In this document: positions 7,503 through 15,797 of the stretch, piece by piece
Numbering within the stretch: position 1 is the first letter of the stretch
How the letters are laid out: every line of letters begins with the position of its first letter
IMG/VR virus record: IMGVR_UViG_3300030430_002976
Span: 1-32,749 of that record
Direction: 5' to 3' (one strand)
DNA: 32,749 nt
Source: a virus
Taxonomy: Duplodnaviria; Caudoviricetes
Program-made: the position numbers and the translations under genes
Notes under the pieces: model-generated
The model's input: only the letters and a program-made list of their open reading frames with translations
What the model was told of the DNA's origin: nothing
Databases searched by the model: none

Positions 7503-8729
7503 CTATCCAAGCGCTATGGCTAACGCAGTTGCCTCGTTTGCCGCAGCGGTGGCTGTGGTCGCGCCAATATCTGACAAAACCTCCGCATTTGACCGGCTCT
7601 CCAAACCATTCGAAGTAAATCTTGCATACTCATCGTCAGCAACAGAGGCGCTGTCGATTTTGACTGCGTTGGTATTGGATATGCCAAAAGTAAGCGTGGC
7701 TTGTGCGCCTATATCAGACAGCACCTCGCTGTTTGATCGACTTTCTAATCCGTTGGCCGTAAACCGAGCATATTCATCATCTGCAACGGATGAGCTGTCA
7801 ATTTTGACAGCGTTTGTGTTTGAAATGCCAAAGGTTAAAGCCGCTTGCCCACCAATGTCAGACAAAACTTCTGCGGCAGACCGGCCCTCAATAGCTGTGC
7901 CGTCAACCTTCAAAAAATCATTGTCAGCTACGCCGCTGGTAAACTTTGGCACGTTGTTGTTTGAAATGCCGGTGTCTAGCGTGGCGGTTGCTGTTATCGC
8001 CGTACCGTTTAGCGTCATTGCATCAGCTTCAAGCGTGCCATCAATGTCGGCGTCGCCACTGATATCCAGTGACGCAGCATCTAACTCGCCAGTTAGCGTC
8101 ACGTTGCGGAAGCTGGCAATGTCCTTGTTAGCGTCTACAACTACGGCCTTTAATGCTGTAACAGTGCCTGCGGTAACGCCGTCGATGGTTTCAAGCTCTG
8201 CCTCATTGATGACAGCGCCAGATCCAAGTGTTAGATCACCAGCAACGGTCAAATTGCCTGCAACCGCCGTGGTACTGTCAGCGACCGTAGCGTTAGGGGT
8301 GTGAGTGAGATAAGTAACAAACCCGCCCGAGATTTTGCTTTGCAGGGTCAGCACACCACCATCGGCAATATTGAGCTTGTGCTGGTCTGCGTTGTCATCG
8401 CCTTGATCGGCTTTGAGTACGATGCCAAGAGCCGCACCCTCTACATTGGCTGCAATTTCTAAGCTGTCATTGGTGGTCTCATCATATTGAATTGTGACAT
8501 CGCTGTTGGTGCCAAGCACGATGGTTTTGTTATCAGGCACAGTCAGACCTTGTGCAAACGGTATGGCAGCCGTGCAAGTCTGTGTGCCGTCCTTGAGAAT
8601 TGTTGTGCTCAAGCCGGTCGCAAAGCCATCAAGCTCAGTGTCGAACTTGCTGGCCAGGATCTTGACGCCATTGTCTCGATCCGTCGTGCAATCAAAAGTG
8701 CGAGAAAAAACGCCAGAGCTGAAAGGCAT
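7503..8729 (-). CDS. Proximal tail fibre protein with internal 48-aa repeats
   Basis: 408 aa directly after the nozzle gene; N-terminal attachment-like region (ASKFDTELDGFATGL); Gly/Thr/Ala-rich; ends ALAIALG. Confidence 0.75.
   Translation of the reverse strand: MPFSSGVFSRTFDCTTDRDNGVKILASKFDTELDGFATGLSTTILKDGTQTCTAAIPFAQGLTVPDNKTIVLGTNSDVTIQYDETTNDSLEIAANVEGAALGIVLKADQGDDNADQHKLNIADGGVLTLQSKISGGFVTYLTHTPNATVADSTTAVAGNLTVAGDLTLGSGAVINEAELETIDGVTAGTVTALKAVVVDANKDIASFRNVTLTGELDAASLDISGDADIDGTLEADAMTLNGTAITATATLDTGISNNNVPKFTSGVADNDFLKVDGTAIEGRSAAEVLSDIGGQAALTFGISNTNAVKIDSSSVADDEYARFTANGLESRSNSEVLSDIGAQATLTFGISNTNAVKIDSASVADDEYARFTSNGLESRSNAEVLSDIGATTATAAANEATALAIALG
7561..7976 (-). repeat. Three tandem ~144-bp (48-aa) coding repeats
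   Basis: TFGISNTNAVKIDSxSVADDEYARFTxNGLESRSNxEVLSDIG twice plus one diverged copy; the EVLSDIG codons recur every 144 bp. Confidence 0.9.
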
Positions 8730-10279
8730 TAGACTGGCCCTCCTGGTTGGAATGTATAGTGAGCGGAGATGAAACTAATTGTTTGCGTTGAGCTGCTAAC
8801 CTTTACCCGCAAAGCAGCCGAGTAGCCGAGTTTGTTGACAGCTTTTCTGCGTTTTGTGACGCCGGCTCCAGTCGTATCGCCATAAAAAGCCTCATCATAA
8901 GTGGCCACATCCCACTCAGCTAAGTTGCTGGCAAAGGTTACCGCTGTTACGTCAATGGCTCGTGCAGCGCCTAAATCGACGCCCACACCAAAAGAGAAGT
9001 CAATTGAGGTTTCACCCTCAAGTATTGGTTGCACAGAACTGAAACGCTTGATTGCAGCTCTGTCGGCAAAATAGTTGTAGCTTGTAACAAGGTCTGCAGA
9101 AATCTCTGCACCGTTGTCATTGTTGCCGGTAATTTTGAAAACTTTGCCGGATGCGCCGCCAAAATAAGTGTCTCCGTCATACTGACCCCACACATATGCG
9201 GGTAGATTTTCAAACACCGACCAGGCTCTAATGATCGGGTTAAATATATGCTGATTGAATGGGTCAGTGCCTTCGCCAGTCGGGTAGTTAAAATAGACCT
9301 TATCACCGTCAGGGCTAACAAAAACTTGCCACCCCGTTGAGCTTCCTGTGGCAGCCACCTGTGCAATCACAGTGCCTCGTATTTTCTCAGAAATCGCTGC
9401 TGCTTTGCTGCCGATGTTGTCTTGTCTGATGACTGCTGAGAGAGGCAGATAGCCTTCCTTTGTCATCACAATGACATCGCCGCCCAACTTGGCTATAGCC
9501 CTTTTTTCATTGACTGGCTCAGCAATTCTGAATGTGCCTATCAAAGCAAAACTTGACGAGCTTGGATCTGAGCCGCTGTAAACGAGCACCTCGCCGCTAC
9601 TCATGATGAGCGCCAGTAAATCATCCACACCTTCACCACCATCAACGGTAATGGTTTGGATCATTATGAGATTGCCGCCAAAGGTACCCACTAAACCAAC
9701 TGGAAACTTGGTAAAGTTGCCTTGGTGTGTGTCTACTGTGGCCGAGTAGTAAAAGTTTTGATCTGTGCCGGTAAAATAATACAGGCGGTTTTTGTAAGCA
9801 TGTACGCCGGTCAGCGTATTTGCGTTCGCGCTATCAGACAGCGTGATCGACAGATCGCTGGCGCTTGACCCGTTCCAGCTAAAAGGCACGTTTGCCCCTG
9901 ACGGCACAAAGATGGTGAGGTTATTGAACTCAACGGCTTCCGCTCTACCGTTGGCAAGCCCCGTTTTTTTGCTGACAGCCGAGCCAGTGTCAATTTGATA
10001 GAGCGTGCCGTTGCTGCCAATCGCCAAAAGCTGACGGTTTGCACCGGCATGATGCTCAACAAGAGTCTCAACATTGCCACTGCCCACCCCTGTGCAGAAC
10101 TGCGTGTAACCATCTCGTAAGGTCACTTTTTCCACAGTAGGGAAAAAATTCGACATGATGATTGCGTCAGTCGGTGGCATGGCGTCCAAGCTATCTCGAC
10201 TGTTTAAACCTCCAACTGGCGCAGGAATGGCTGACGCCTTGACTGTGAAGCGCCTGGATTGAGGAAGAGCCTGTAACAT
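8729..10279 (-). CDS. Tail nozzle / packaged-DNA stabilization protein (tubular protein B / P22 gp10-like)
   Basis: 516 aa, beta-propeller-like; N-terminal IPAPVGGLNSRD; follows the adaptor gene. Confidence 0.7.
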   Translation of the reverse strand: MLQALPQSRRFTVKASAIPAPVGGLNSRDSLDAMPPTDAIIMSNFFPTVEKVTLRDGYTQFCTGVGSGNVETLVEHHAGANRQLLAIGSNGTLYQIDTGSAVSKKTGLANGRAEAVEFNNLTIFVPSGANVPFSWNGSSASDLSITLSDSANANTLTGVHAYKNRLYYFTGTDQNFYYSATVDTHQGNFTKFPVGLVGTFGGNLIMIQTITVDGGEGVDDLLALIMSSGEVLVYSGSDPSSSSFALIGTFRIAEPVNEKRAIAKLGGDVIVMTKEGYLPLSAVIRQDNIGSKAAAISEKIRGTVIAQVAATGSSTGWQVFVSPDGDKVYFNYPTGEGTDPFNQHIFNPIIRAWSVFENLPAYVWGQYDGDTYFGGASGKVFKITGNNDNGAEISADLVTSYNYFADRAAIKRFSSVQPILEGETSIDFSFGVGVDLGAARAIDVTAVTFASNLAEWDVATYDEAFYGDTTGAGVTKRRKAVNKLGYSAALRVKVSSSTQTISFISAHYTFQPGGPV

Positions 10280-11001
10280 CAGCCGCTGATCCCGTAGCCA
10301 CTATCAGGCAAATTGTAGGAGTAAGGGCTGACCAGTAGACGCCTTGCATCGGTCATCGTTATGATTGGCGCACCGCCAGACCGACTAATCGCCTGACGCA
10401 ACTCTAGTTGATACTGCCGGAAGTCTTCATCATAGGTGAGGCCATGAGCCTGCTTGAAGCGCCAAGTAGCGCCCATCTCTATCAATGTTTCATCAAGGAT
10501 GCCGACATCGGAATCAGCGGCAAACGCATCTTGCGAGGTGCCGCCACTGGTCTGATTGAAGTGGCTTGAAACATATTCAAAGCCAATCGTTTCGGTCGCT
10601 GTTGGCGTTGGGGTGATGTCAAAGCGCAGCGCGTTGCTGCTGGACTTCAGACGAAAGCGATCAATGATGCCGGTGCTGGTCGTTCCAAACCTGTCGGCTT
10701 GGTACTGCTGCGGCGTAATAGGGCCGGTCATTTGGTCAAGATCACTGCGATTGTAAGCTGTGCCACTGACAAACCTGTCAAAGTCTGTCGGCAGCGCGTA
10801 ATTCTGGGTGCCATTTACCGTGGAGAAGGTGTGTTCCTTCATTAAGATCGGCCAGTTCGTTGACCGCATAAGCTGCTTGCCCTCACGATTAATCACGGCA
10901 AGGAGCTGACGCGCAATCGGATCTGTATTGCCTGACACACTTGTCGGGCGCTCAAAGCCGGTGAAGTCAGCTACGTTCTGGGCTATCGTCAGCAGGCTCA
11001 T
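10279..11001 (-). CDS. Head-tail adaptor (tubular protein A-like)
   Basis: 240 aa; MSLLTIAQ, NWPIL, GTQNYALPTDFDR, ITPTP motifs; synteny. Confidence 0.7.
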   Translation of the reverse strand: MSLLTIAQNVADFTGFERPTSVSGNTDPIARQLLAVINREGKQLMRSTNWPILMKEHTFSTVNGTQNYALPTDFDRFVSGTAYNRSDLDQMTGPITPQQYQADRFGTTSTGIIDRFRLKSSSNALRFDITPTPTATETIGFEYVSSHFNQTSGGTSQDAFAADSDVGILDETLIEMGATWRFKQAHGLTYDEDFRQYQLELRQAISRSGGAPIITMTDARRLLVSPYSYNLPDSGYGISG

Positions 11002-11404
11002 CAGCCGGCTCCTCTATTGGTTCTGCCGCTGGTTTGCGGCTTCGCTTGGGCTTTGCATCAATGTGTAGCCCGGCAATTTTTTTGAGCTGCACATACGGCT
11101 CACCCATATTGCGTAAAAGCACTTCATCAGCAGAAGCAAGCTCTTCAATGGTTTCAATGTCGGCAAGCTCAAGCTCAACGCGGCGCGGCTCAGATATGCC
11201 TGGCAAATCCTTGAGGTTGCCGCCTTTCTTCTTGGGCCTTTTCTGCTGCTTCTTGTATTCGTCCCATTCGTCAGGGAACCGACTTAGGTCTTGGGGCCGC
11301 ACTGGCCCCTCCCAGACATCGCGGATGCCCTGCACAGAAATGCGACAAAAATCTCGTTGTTCTCCATTCAGCTCACGCTGAAAAAATATAGCCTTGGCTG
11401 GCAT
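10967..11404 (-). CDS. Hypothetical protein with helix-hairpin-helix-like motif
   Basis: Start revised to ATG 11404 (GGAG upstream); LKDLPGISEPRRVELELADIETIEELASA. Confidence 0.6.
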   Translation of the reverse strand: MPAKAIFFQRELNGEQRDFCRISVQGIRDVWEGPVRPQDLSRFPDEWDEYKKQQKRPKKKGGNLKDLPGISEPRRVELELADIETIEELASADEVLLRNMGEPYVQLKKIAGLHIDAKPKRSRKPAAEPIEEPADEPADDSPERS

Positions 11405-11426
11405 GATCTCTCCCTTGATCATGGTG

Positions 11427-11452
11427 AAAACGGGGGCGGCCGAAGCCGCCCC
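11427..11452 (-). terminator. Rho-independent terminator after capsid and decoration genes
   Basis: Minus strand GGGGCGGC-TTCG-GCCGCCCC-CG-TTTT: 8-bp GC stem, cUUCGg tetraloop, short U tract. Confidence 0.85.
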
Positions 11453-11464
11453 AGTCGGAGGAAG

Positions 11465-11935
11465 TTAGAAAGGAAAATCGCAGATGATTTCCTTGTCGCT
11501 GATGTCACCCGCATATGCGACCACTACACTGGTCACGTCAGCAGTAACATCTAGCTTTCCGTCTGAGCTTCCGGTCGCTGTCAGAGGGTCGCCGTCCGCG
11601 CCAGCAGTGAGAGCTGCTGCCATCGTTGCGGCACCTTTGATCTGAATCCAGCAATACTGACCATCAGTCGGAGCGGACTGCAGTATGCCAGCGCCAATCT
11701 CTACCGAGTCACTAAGATCGCTTGTGACCTGGTTGAGCTTGTAGCCGTCTAAGGTATTGTAATAACATGCGTTTCCGCTCACCGCGGCGACGCTGCCAGA
11801 CCCTACCTTATACTCGACATACTTGTAGATTTTGGTCACGCCGTTGTTGCTAACGACGGCACCAATCTGCCCCACTCCAAACTCAGGTGTGGAGGAAACG
11901 GCTGTCGGATCAATACCGATAACTGATGCAAACAT
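11465..11935 (-). CDS. Putative capsid decoration/cement protein
   Basis: Start revised to ATG 11935 (AAGGAGG RBS); 156 aa, YKYV...GQYCWIQIKG; lies between MCP and terminator. Confidence 0.65.
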   Translation of the reverse strand: MFASVIGIDPTAVSSTPEFGVGQIGAVVSNNGVTKIYKYVEYKVGSGSVAAVSGNACYYNTLDGYKLNQVTSDLSDSVEIGAGILQSAPTDGQYCWIQIKGAATMAAALTAGADGDPLTATGSSDGKLDVTADVTSVVVAYAGDISDKEIICDFPF

Positions 11936-11946
11936 CTCAGACCTCC

Positions 11947-12888
11947 TTACACATGAATGACGCCCTGAAGGGCGCGGTTGGAACAAGTCAGGTTTCCTGA
12001 CCAGAACATCGGAGTGACCAAAGCATCTTGGTTTACCGACATCTTTGCCTCACCAGGAACAAAGTCCCTGCCCTCTGCAACCTCTAGACGCAAATACTGA
12101 GTGTTCAGGAAGTACATCTTGTTGGTTGGGCATTGGTCGTCATAGACGACATCAGAGTTCAGATACTGAACGCTGGTGAAACCAGACCGTGCGAGATCAT
12201 CGCTGGTGATGCGCTGGATTGCCTGCAGGCTTCCGAGGAAGGCCTTATAGGCGTTGGCATCTGCCATGATCAGGTCAGGCGCGTCGGCACCGCGAACAAG
12301 CAGGAGATACATATTGTTCATATCTGCCTGCACGTTTGCCGTGCTGAAAGCACTCGACGTTGCAGTGGTCTGCTGGTTTTGCCAGAAGGTAAAGGTTGAG
12401 GAATTGATGCCACCGACCGTGCCGGTGCCGCCATCTGCAATGATTAGTTGCAGACCACCGATTTCTTTACCATCTGTCCCTGTGCCGTCTGAGTACAAAG
12501 AGGTCGCGAGGGTGTTCATCAAGCTCTTTTCAAGCACGTTGATGCGCGCCTCAAGAAGATTGATGATGGCCTGGACGCCTGAGTTTTTGATTTGCTCAAG
12601 CCCTGAAATTGTTACATTTCCAGCCATTTGTTTGTAGTCGAAAACGGCTGCGGACAGCACGTCTGAAGGCTCAACATTCAGAGTTTCATAGCCCTGATAG
12701 AATTGAACCGTTGAGTTTGCGGCATACTCCAGCTCGCGCACGATATCGCGACCAGTTACAGTTGTCTGGTTGCCTTGTTCGCGCATCCGCTGAAGCAACG
12801 CATTATGGTTGCTGAGGTTGTCAGCAAGCTGTCGAGATCGGTTCCGCAGAGTCGTGGTGACGATCTCGGAGAGATTTGGACTAGCCAT
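11947..12888 (-). CDS. Major capsid protein
   Basis: 313 aa after scaffold; TTTLRNRSRQLADN, SLYSDGTG, MYFLNT, GNLTCSNR..QG; AGGAG RBS. Confidence 0.85.
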   Translation of the reverse strand: MASPNLSEIVTTTLRNRSRQLADNLSNHNALLQRMREQGNQTTVTGRDIVRELEYAANSTVQFYQGYETLNVEPSDVLSAAVFDYKQMAGNVTISGLEQIKNSGVQAIINLLEARINVLEKSLMNTLATSLYSDGTGTDGKEIGGLQLIIADGGTGTVGGINSSTFTFWQNQQTTATSSAFSTANVQADMNNMYLLLVRGADAPDLIMADANAYKAFLGSLQAIQRITSDDLARSGFTSVQYLNSDVVYDDQCPTNKMYFLNTQYLRLEVAEGRDFVPGEAKMSVNQDALVTPMFWSGNLTCSNRALQGVIHV

Positions 12889-12891
12889 AAT

Positions 12892-13974
12892 CTAGCTCCT
12901 GTTGCTTTCAAGTTGACGGATAGATGCTTCTATTGTGTCGCGAACAGACATCTTTGCTGGAAGCGTAGGTTGAGCGGGTGCTGCACTGCCTCTGACCGTT
13001 GACCGCTGGGCCTTCTTGGCTTTTTTCACCGCCTCTTTCTTGACTTCGCTCTGAGACTGCTTGGCGGCGAACCGCTGCAACTCTTGCTGGCGCAGATTTG
13101 GGTCGGCATATACCGCCATCTCATACGCTGTCTTAAGGTCTGGTGCGTTGCCGGCATTGATGAGCGTCCCCATAACATTCCGCACTTGTTCAAAATGCGG
13201 GTGAGCTGGATTGCCATTGTCATCGGTCTGCGCGGCAAACTGGTCGATCATCGACTGTGTGCTTTGCTGTACGCTTTGCTGTTGTTGTGTCTGTTGGTTT
13301 TGGATGAAGCCGGTGAGCTGATTTACTTGTTGCTGCAACGCCTTCACCTGTGGGTCTGCATATTCATCCTCTGCGGCTGGATCGTTACCGATTGCCCCAA
13401 TATCCACGCCATACTGGTTGGCCAACCAGGCAATAGCGTTTAGAGGGTCTTTCTGCAGATAATCGTTGGCTGCCAACAGTTGCCTGACAGCAGCCACGTC
13501 ATCCATGCCAGCCCGTGCAAAGGTTTGCCGGTGCGGGGCAAGGAGTTCTTCAAAGGCATCGGCTTTCTTTTTAAAAGCTGCAACGCCTTGTGTTTTTTTG
13601 GTGTAGTCGCCCTCCATCTGACGATAGCGCGACATGAAGAGTTGCTGCGCCTCTGGCGGCATAGCTTCAAACTCTTCTTTGAAGTCTTGCGGCCAGTGCT
13701 GAGGCGCTTCTATCGCCTGCGGCTCCTCTGGCTCTGCATCCTCTTCTGGCTCATCTTCAGCCTCAGCAGGCGCTTGCTCTTCCTCTGGCTCATCGTCCAT
13801 CGGCGGCGCTTCAGGCAGCGTGTCCTCTTCTGCCTCAGCTTCAGGTTCTAATTCTTGCAAAGTGCGTGCGAGTGTCTGTGCAACGCTTTCCGACTTTGCT
13901 GGCTCGACTGGGGCGGCAGCATCGGCTGTGGCCTCAGCTTGAGTGCTATCAAGCGGGAGTTCTTGTTCAGTCAT
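12892..13974 (-). CDS. Capsid scaffolding protein
   Basis: 360 aa, acidic N-terminus, coiled-coil and Q-rich, EGDYTKKTQ motif; directly upstream of MCP. Confidence 0.75.
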   Translation of the reverse strand: MTEQELPLDSTQAEATADAAAPVEPAKSESVAQTLARTLQELEPEAEAEEDTLPEAPPMDDEPEEEQAPAEAEDEPEEDAEPEEPQAIEAPQHWPQDFKEEFEAMPPEAQQLFMSRYRQMEGDYTKKTQGVAAFKKKADAFEELLAPHRQTFARAGMDDVAAVRQLLAANDYLQKDPLNAIAWLANQYGVDIGAIGNDPAAEDEYADPQVKALQQQVNQLTGFIQNQQTQQQQSVQQSTQSMIDQFAAQTDDNGNPAHPHFEQVRNVMGTLINAGNAPDLKTAYEMAVYADPNLRQQELQRFAAKQSQSEVKKEAVKKAKKAQRSTVRGSAAPAQPTLPAKMSVRDTIEASIRQLESNRS

Positions 13975-14186
13975 TTTTCAAATAAGTGGTTTTGCTCGTT
14001 TCCTACTTCGACAAAGTTGTTGCGCCGCAAAAACTCGCGGTGCTGCGAACGGCTGGTGATCCAGCCGAAATCTTTCATGTTTTGGTAAGGCTCGATGTCG
14101 CGCATAATATTGAGGCTGGCTCTAGGGCCAGCCTCTGACTTCGCGACGATTTTGCCATCACGATACACAAATGTCTGCTTGCTCAT
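13971..14186 (-). CDS. Conserved head-operon hypothetical protein
   Basis: 71 aa; DIEPYQ..DFGWITSRSQHREFLRRNNFVEVGNE; coupled to neighbours. Confidence 0.7.
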   Translation of the reverse strand: MSKQTFVYRDGKIVAKSEAGPRASLNIMRDIEPYQNMKDFGWITSRSQHREFLRRNNFVEVGNEQNHLFEK

Positions 14187-14395
14187 CCCATCAGCATCCT
14201 TGCCGCCATCTGCTGCTGCGCTGCATCCATCTTGCGGCGAGGCCGATTGAAACTGCCGAGTGAACGCATCAGCTCAGGAAAAACCTTGGCAAGCACGCCT
14301 GCCAGAGGACTGTCTAAAGCCTCGCGGATCAATTCTTTCTCTTGCTCAGACAGCGCTTGATAGGCGGCATCAGCAGCTTCAAGGTCAACTTCCAT
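14183..14395 (-). CDS. Hypothetical protein
   Basis: 70 aa; TAATG and ATGA overlaps with neighbours. Confidence 0.6.
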   Translation of the reverse strand: MEVDLEAADAAYQALSEQEKELIREALDSPLAGVLAKVFPELMRSLGSFNRPRRKMDAAQQQMAARMLMG

Positions 14396-15414
14396 TACAC
14401 AAAGTCCCTAGGGTTTCCGAATAGATTAAGGTTGGCCGCAGCCTGTTGTGGCGGTGTCATGCCGCGCGTCTGCAGTAGGTCAACCAAGGTGCCGCCGGCG
14501 TATCCGTAGGGCTGAAACAGATTGCCCTGACCGCTGTAGAGGAAAAACGGATCTTGCAGATAGTTCACAGCTAAATCATCGATAACCTCAGGCGGCGTTG
14601 TGCCAGGATCAACTGGGTCTGCCGGCGCTGCCAATGGTGGCGTTGCACTCTCATCGCTACCGCCGCCACCGACTCCGGTCATTGCAATATTGCTACTGGC
14701 CGGCACAAATGTTGGGTCTTGCTGCATACGCTGGCGCTGCCCAAAGGCAAAGGCTGCAGCGTCTGCTGGGTCGGGCGCATTGAAGAGATTGCCCAAAAGA
14801 CCACCGCCAATGATCGCGTTTATCGCTGTGCCTGGCGCTGTCACTGGCGCGTCGTTGGGATCTAGCGTGCCATAAAGTTCATCAAAAGCATCTGCAAAGA
14901 AACCGCTCATTGGGGATCGCCGGCCGGGTGCCATCGTTGGTGTCACCGGATCTGGGCGATTTGGACGAGACAAAGATTCTGCAACTGCGCGATTTATCAA
15001 CCCGGTGACGTCTTGTGCGCCGACAGGGATTTGATTGATTGCGACGGTTTCTCTGACGCGATCTCTCACATTGTTTTGTGGGTCATCAATGTCGCCTAAA
15101 ACAGACGGCTTAAAACGCACTCTGTCTCGCAAAATCTGCTGTTGTACGGGGTCAGCGTCGGGGTTCACAAGCGTTGCTACCGTAGCTATTGCTTGCTCTC
15201 GCATCTGACTAACGTCTTCGTCCTCCTCACTTGCACCAATCGGAGGCAAAATCTGACGGCTTGCGTCGATTACATTAGTCGTGCCACGAACAAGCGGACG
15301 GCCTTGATCATCAGTTTGCGCTGGCGTTGCGGTTTCACGCGCTTCATCAGCAGCGCTGCCGCCGCCGTCGCCTTTGTAGCATATGCGGTTTTCAATCAGG
15401 TAACTGCGAACCAT
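14395..15414 (-). CDS. Putative virion/ejection-type protein with N-terminal CYKGDGGGS motif
   Basis: 339 aa, low complexity (P/A/G/Q/D); overlaps the end of the acyltransferase gene by 19 nt. Confidence 0.6.
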   Translation of the reverse strand: MVRSYLIENRICYKGDGGGSAADEARETATPAQTDDQGRPLVRGTTNVIDASRQILPPIGASEEDEDVSQMREQAIATVATLVNPDADPVQQQILRDRVRFKPSVLGDIDDPQNNVRDRVRETVAINQIPVGAQDVTGLINRAVAESLSRPNRPDPVTPTMAPGRRSPMSGFFADAFDELYGTLDPNDAPVTAPGTAINAIIGGGLLGNLFNAPDPADAAAFAFGQRQRMQQDPTFVPASSNIAMTGVGGGGSDESATPPLAAPADPVDPGTTPPEVIDDLAVNYLQDPFFLYSGQGNLFQPYGYAGGTLVDLLQTRGMTPPQQAAANLNLFGNPRDFV

Positions 15415-15797
15415 AACTTGCCTCTGTGTTCACGATTTGCACGCCCGAGCACGCCCCTGCCCAAAACAGAGCGCAGATGCTGTCTGCCCTCGCGCACCAT
15501 CTGACTGACGCCGCCGAAAGGTGCAATAAAATCCACCAGCCAAAGCCTGTCACCTGCGTTCCAGTCGTCGGGCTGTATCTTACGAGAGCCGGCCAGATAA
15601 CCAGCCTCAGTCTCTTCATTAAACAAGCCCCAGGTCACAAACCCGACTGGCTGATGCTCTACTTGCCAGATGCGAAACTGCTGCAGTGCTACCGGCGGGA
15701 TGATCAGCCTGTGAACATCTTCTATAGTCCAGTTGCAGTGCTGTTCGCTTTGACCCATAAGCCAGGTCATCATGCCAACTGCCTCGGTGTTCTTCAC
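15396..15797 (-). CDS. hlyC: RTX toxin-activating lysine acyltransferase (HlyC/RtxC family)
   Basis: 133 aa; SxxH (QSEQH), PPVALQQF, PVGFVTW and DWNAGDRLWLVDFIAPFGG match HlyC-family signature motifs; GTGA overlap with portal stop. Confidence 0.9.
   Translation of the reverse strand: MKNTEAVGMMTWLMGQSEQHCNWTIEDVHRLIIPPVALQQFRIWQVEHQPVGFVTWGLFNEETEAGYLAGSRKIQPDDWNAGDRLWLVDFIAPFGGVSQMVREGRQHLRSVLGRGVLGRANREHRGKLWFAVT

Noticed and set aside
7438-8304. 288-aa plus-strand ORF and the many other antisense ORFs over the structural operon
   Set aside because: They are shadows of well-supported minus-strand genes, with no RBS or recognisable motifs.
15396-15797. HlyC gene as evidence of a toxin or virulence island
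   Set aside because: No RTX repeats or secretion genes are present, and the gene is translationally coupled within the head operon.
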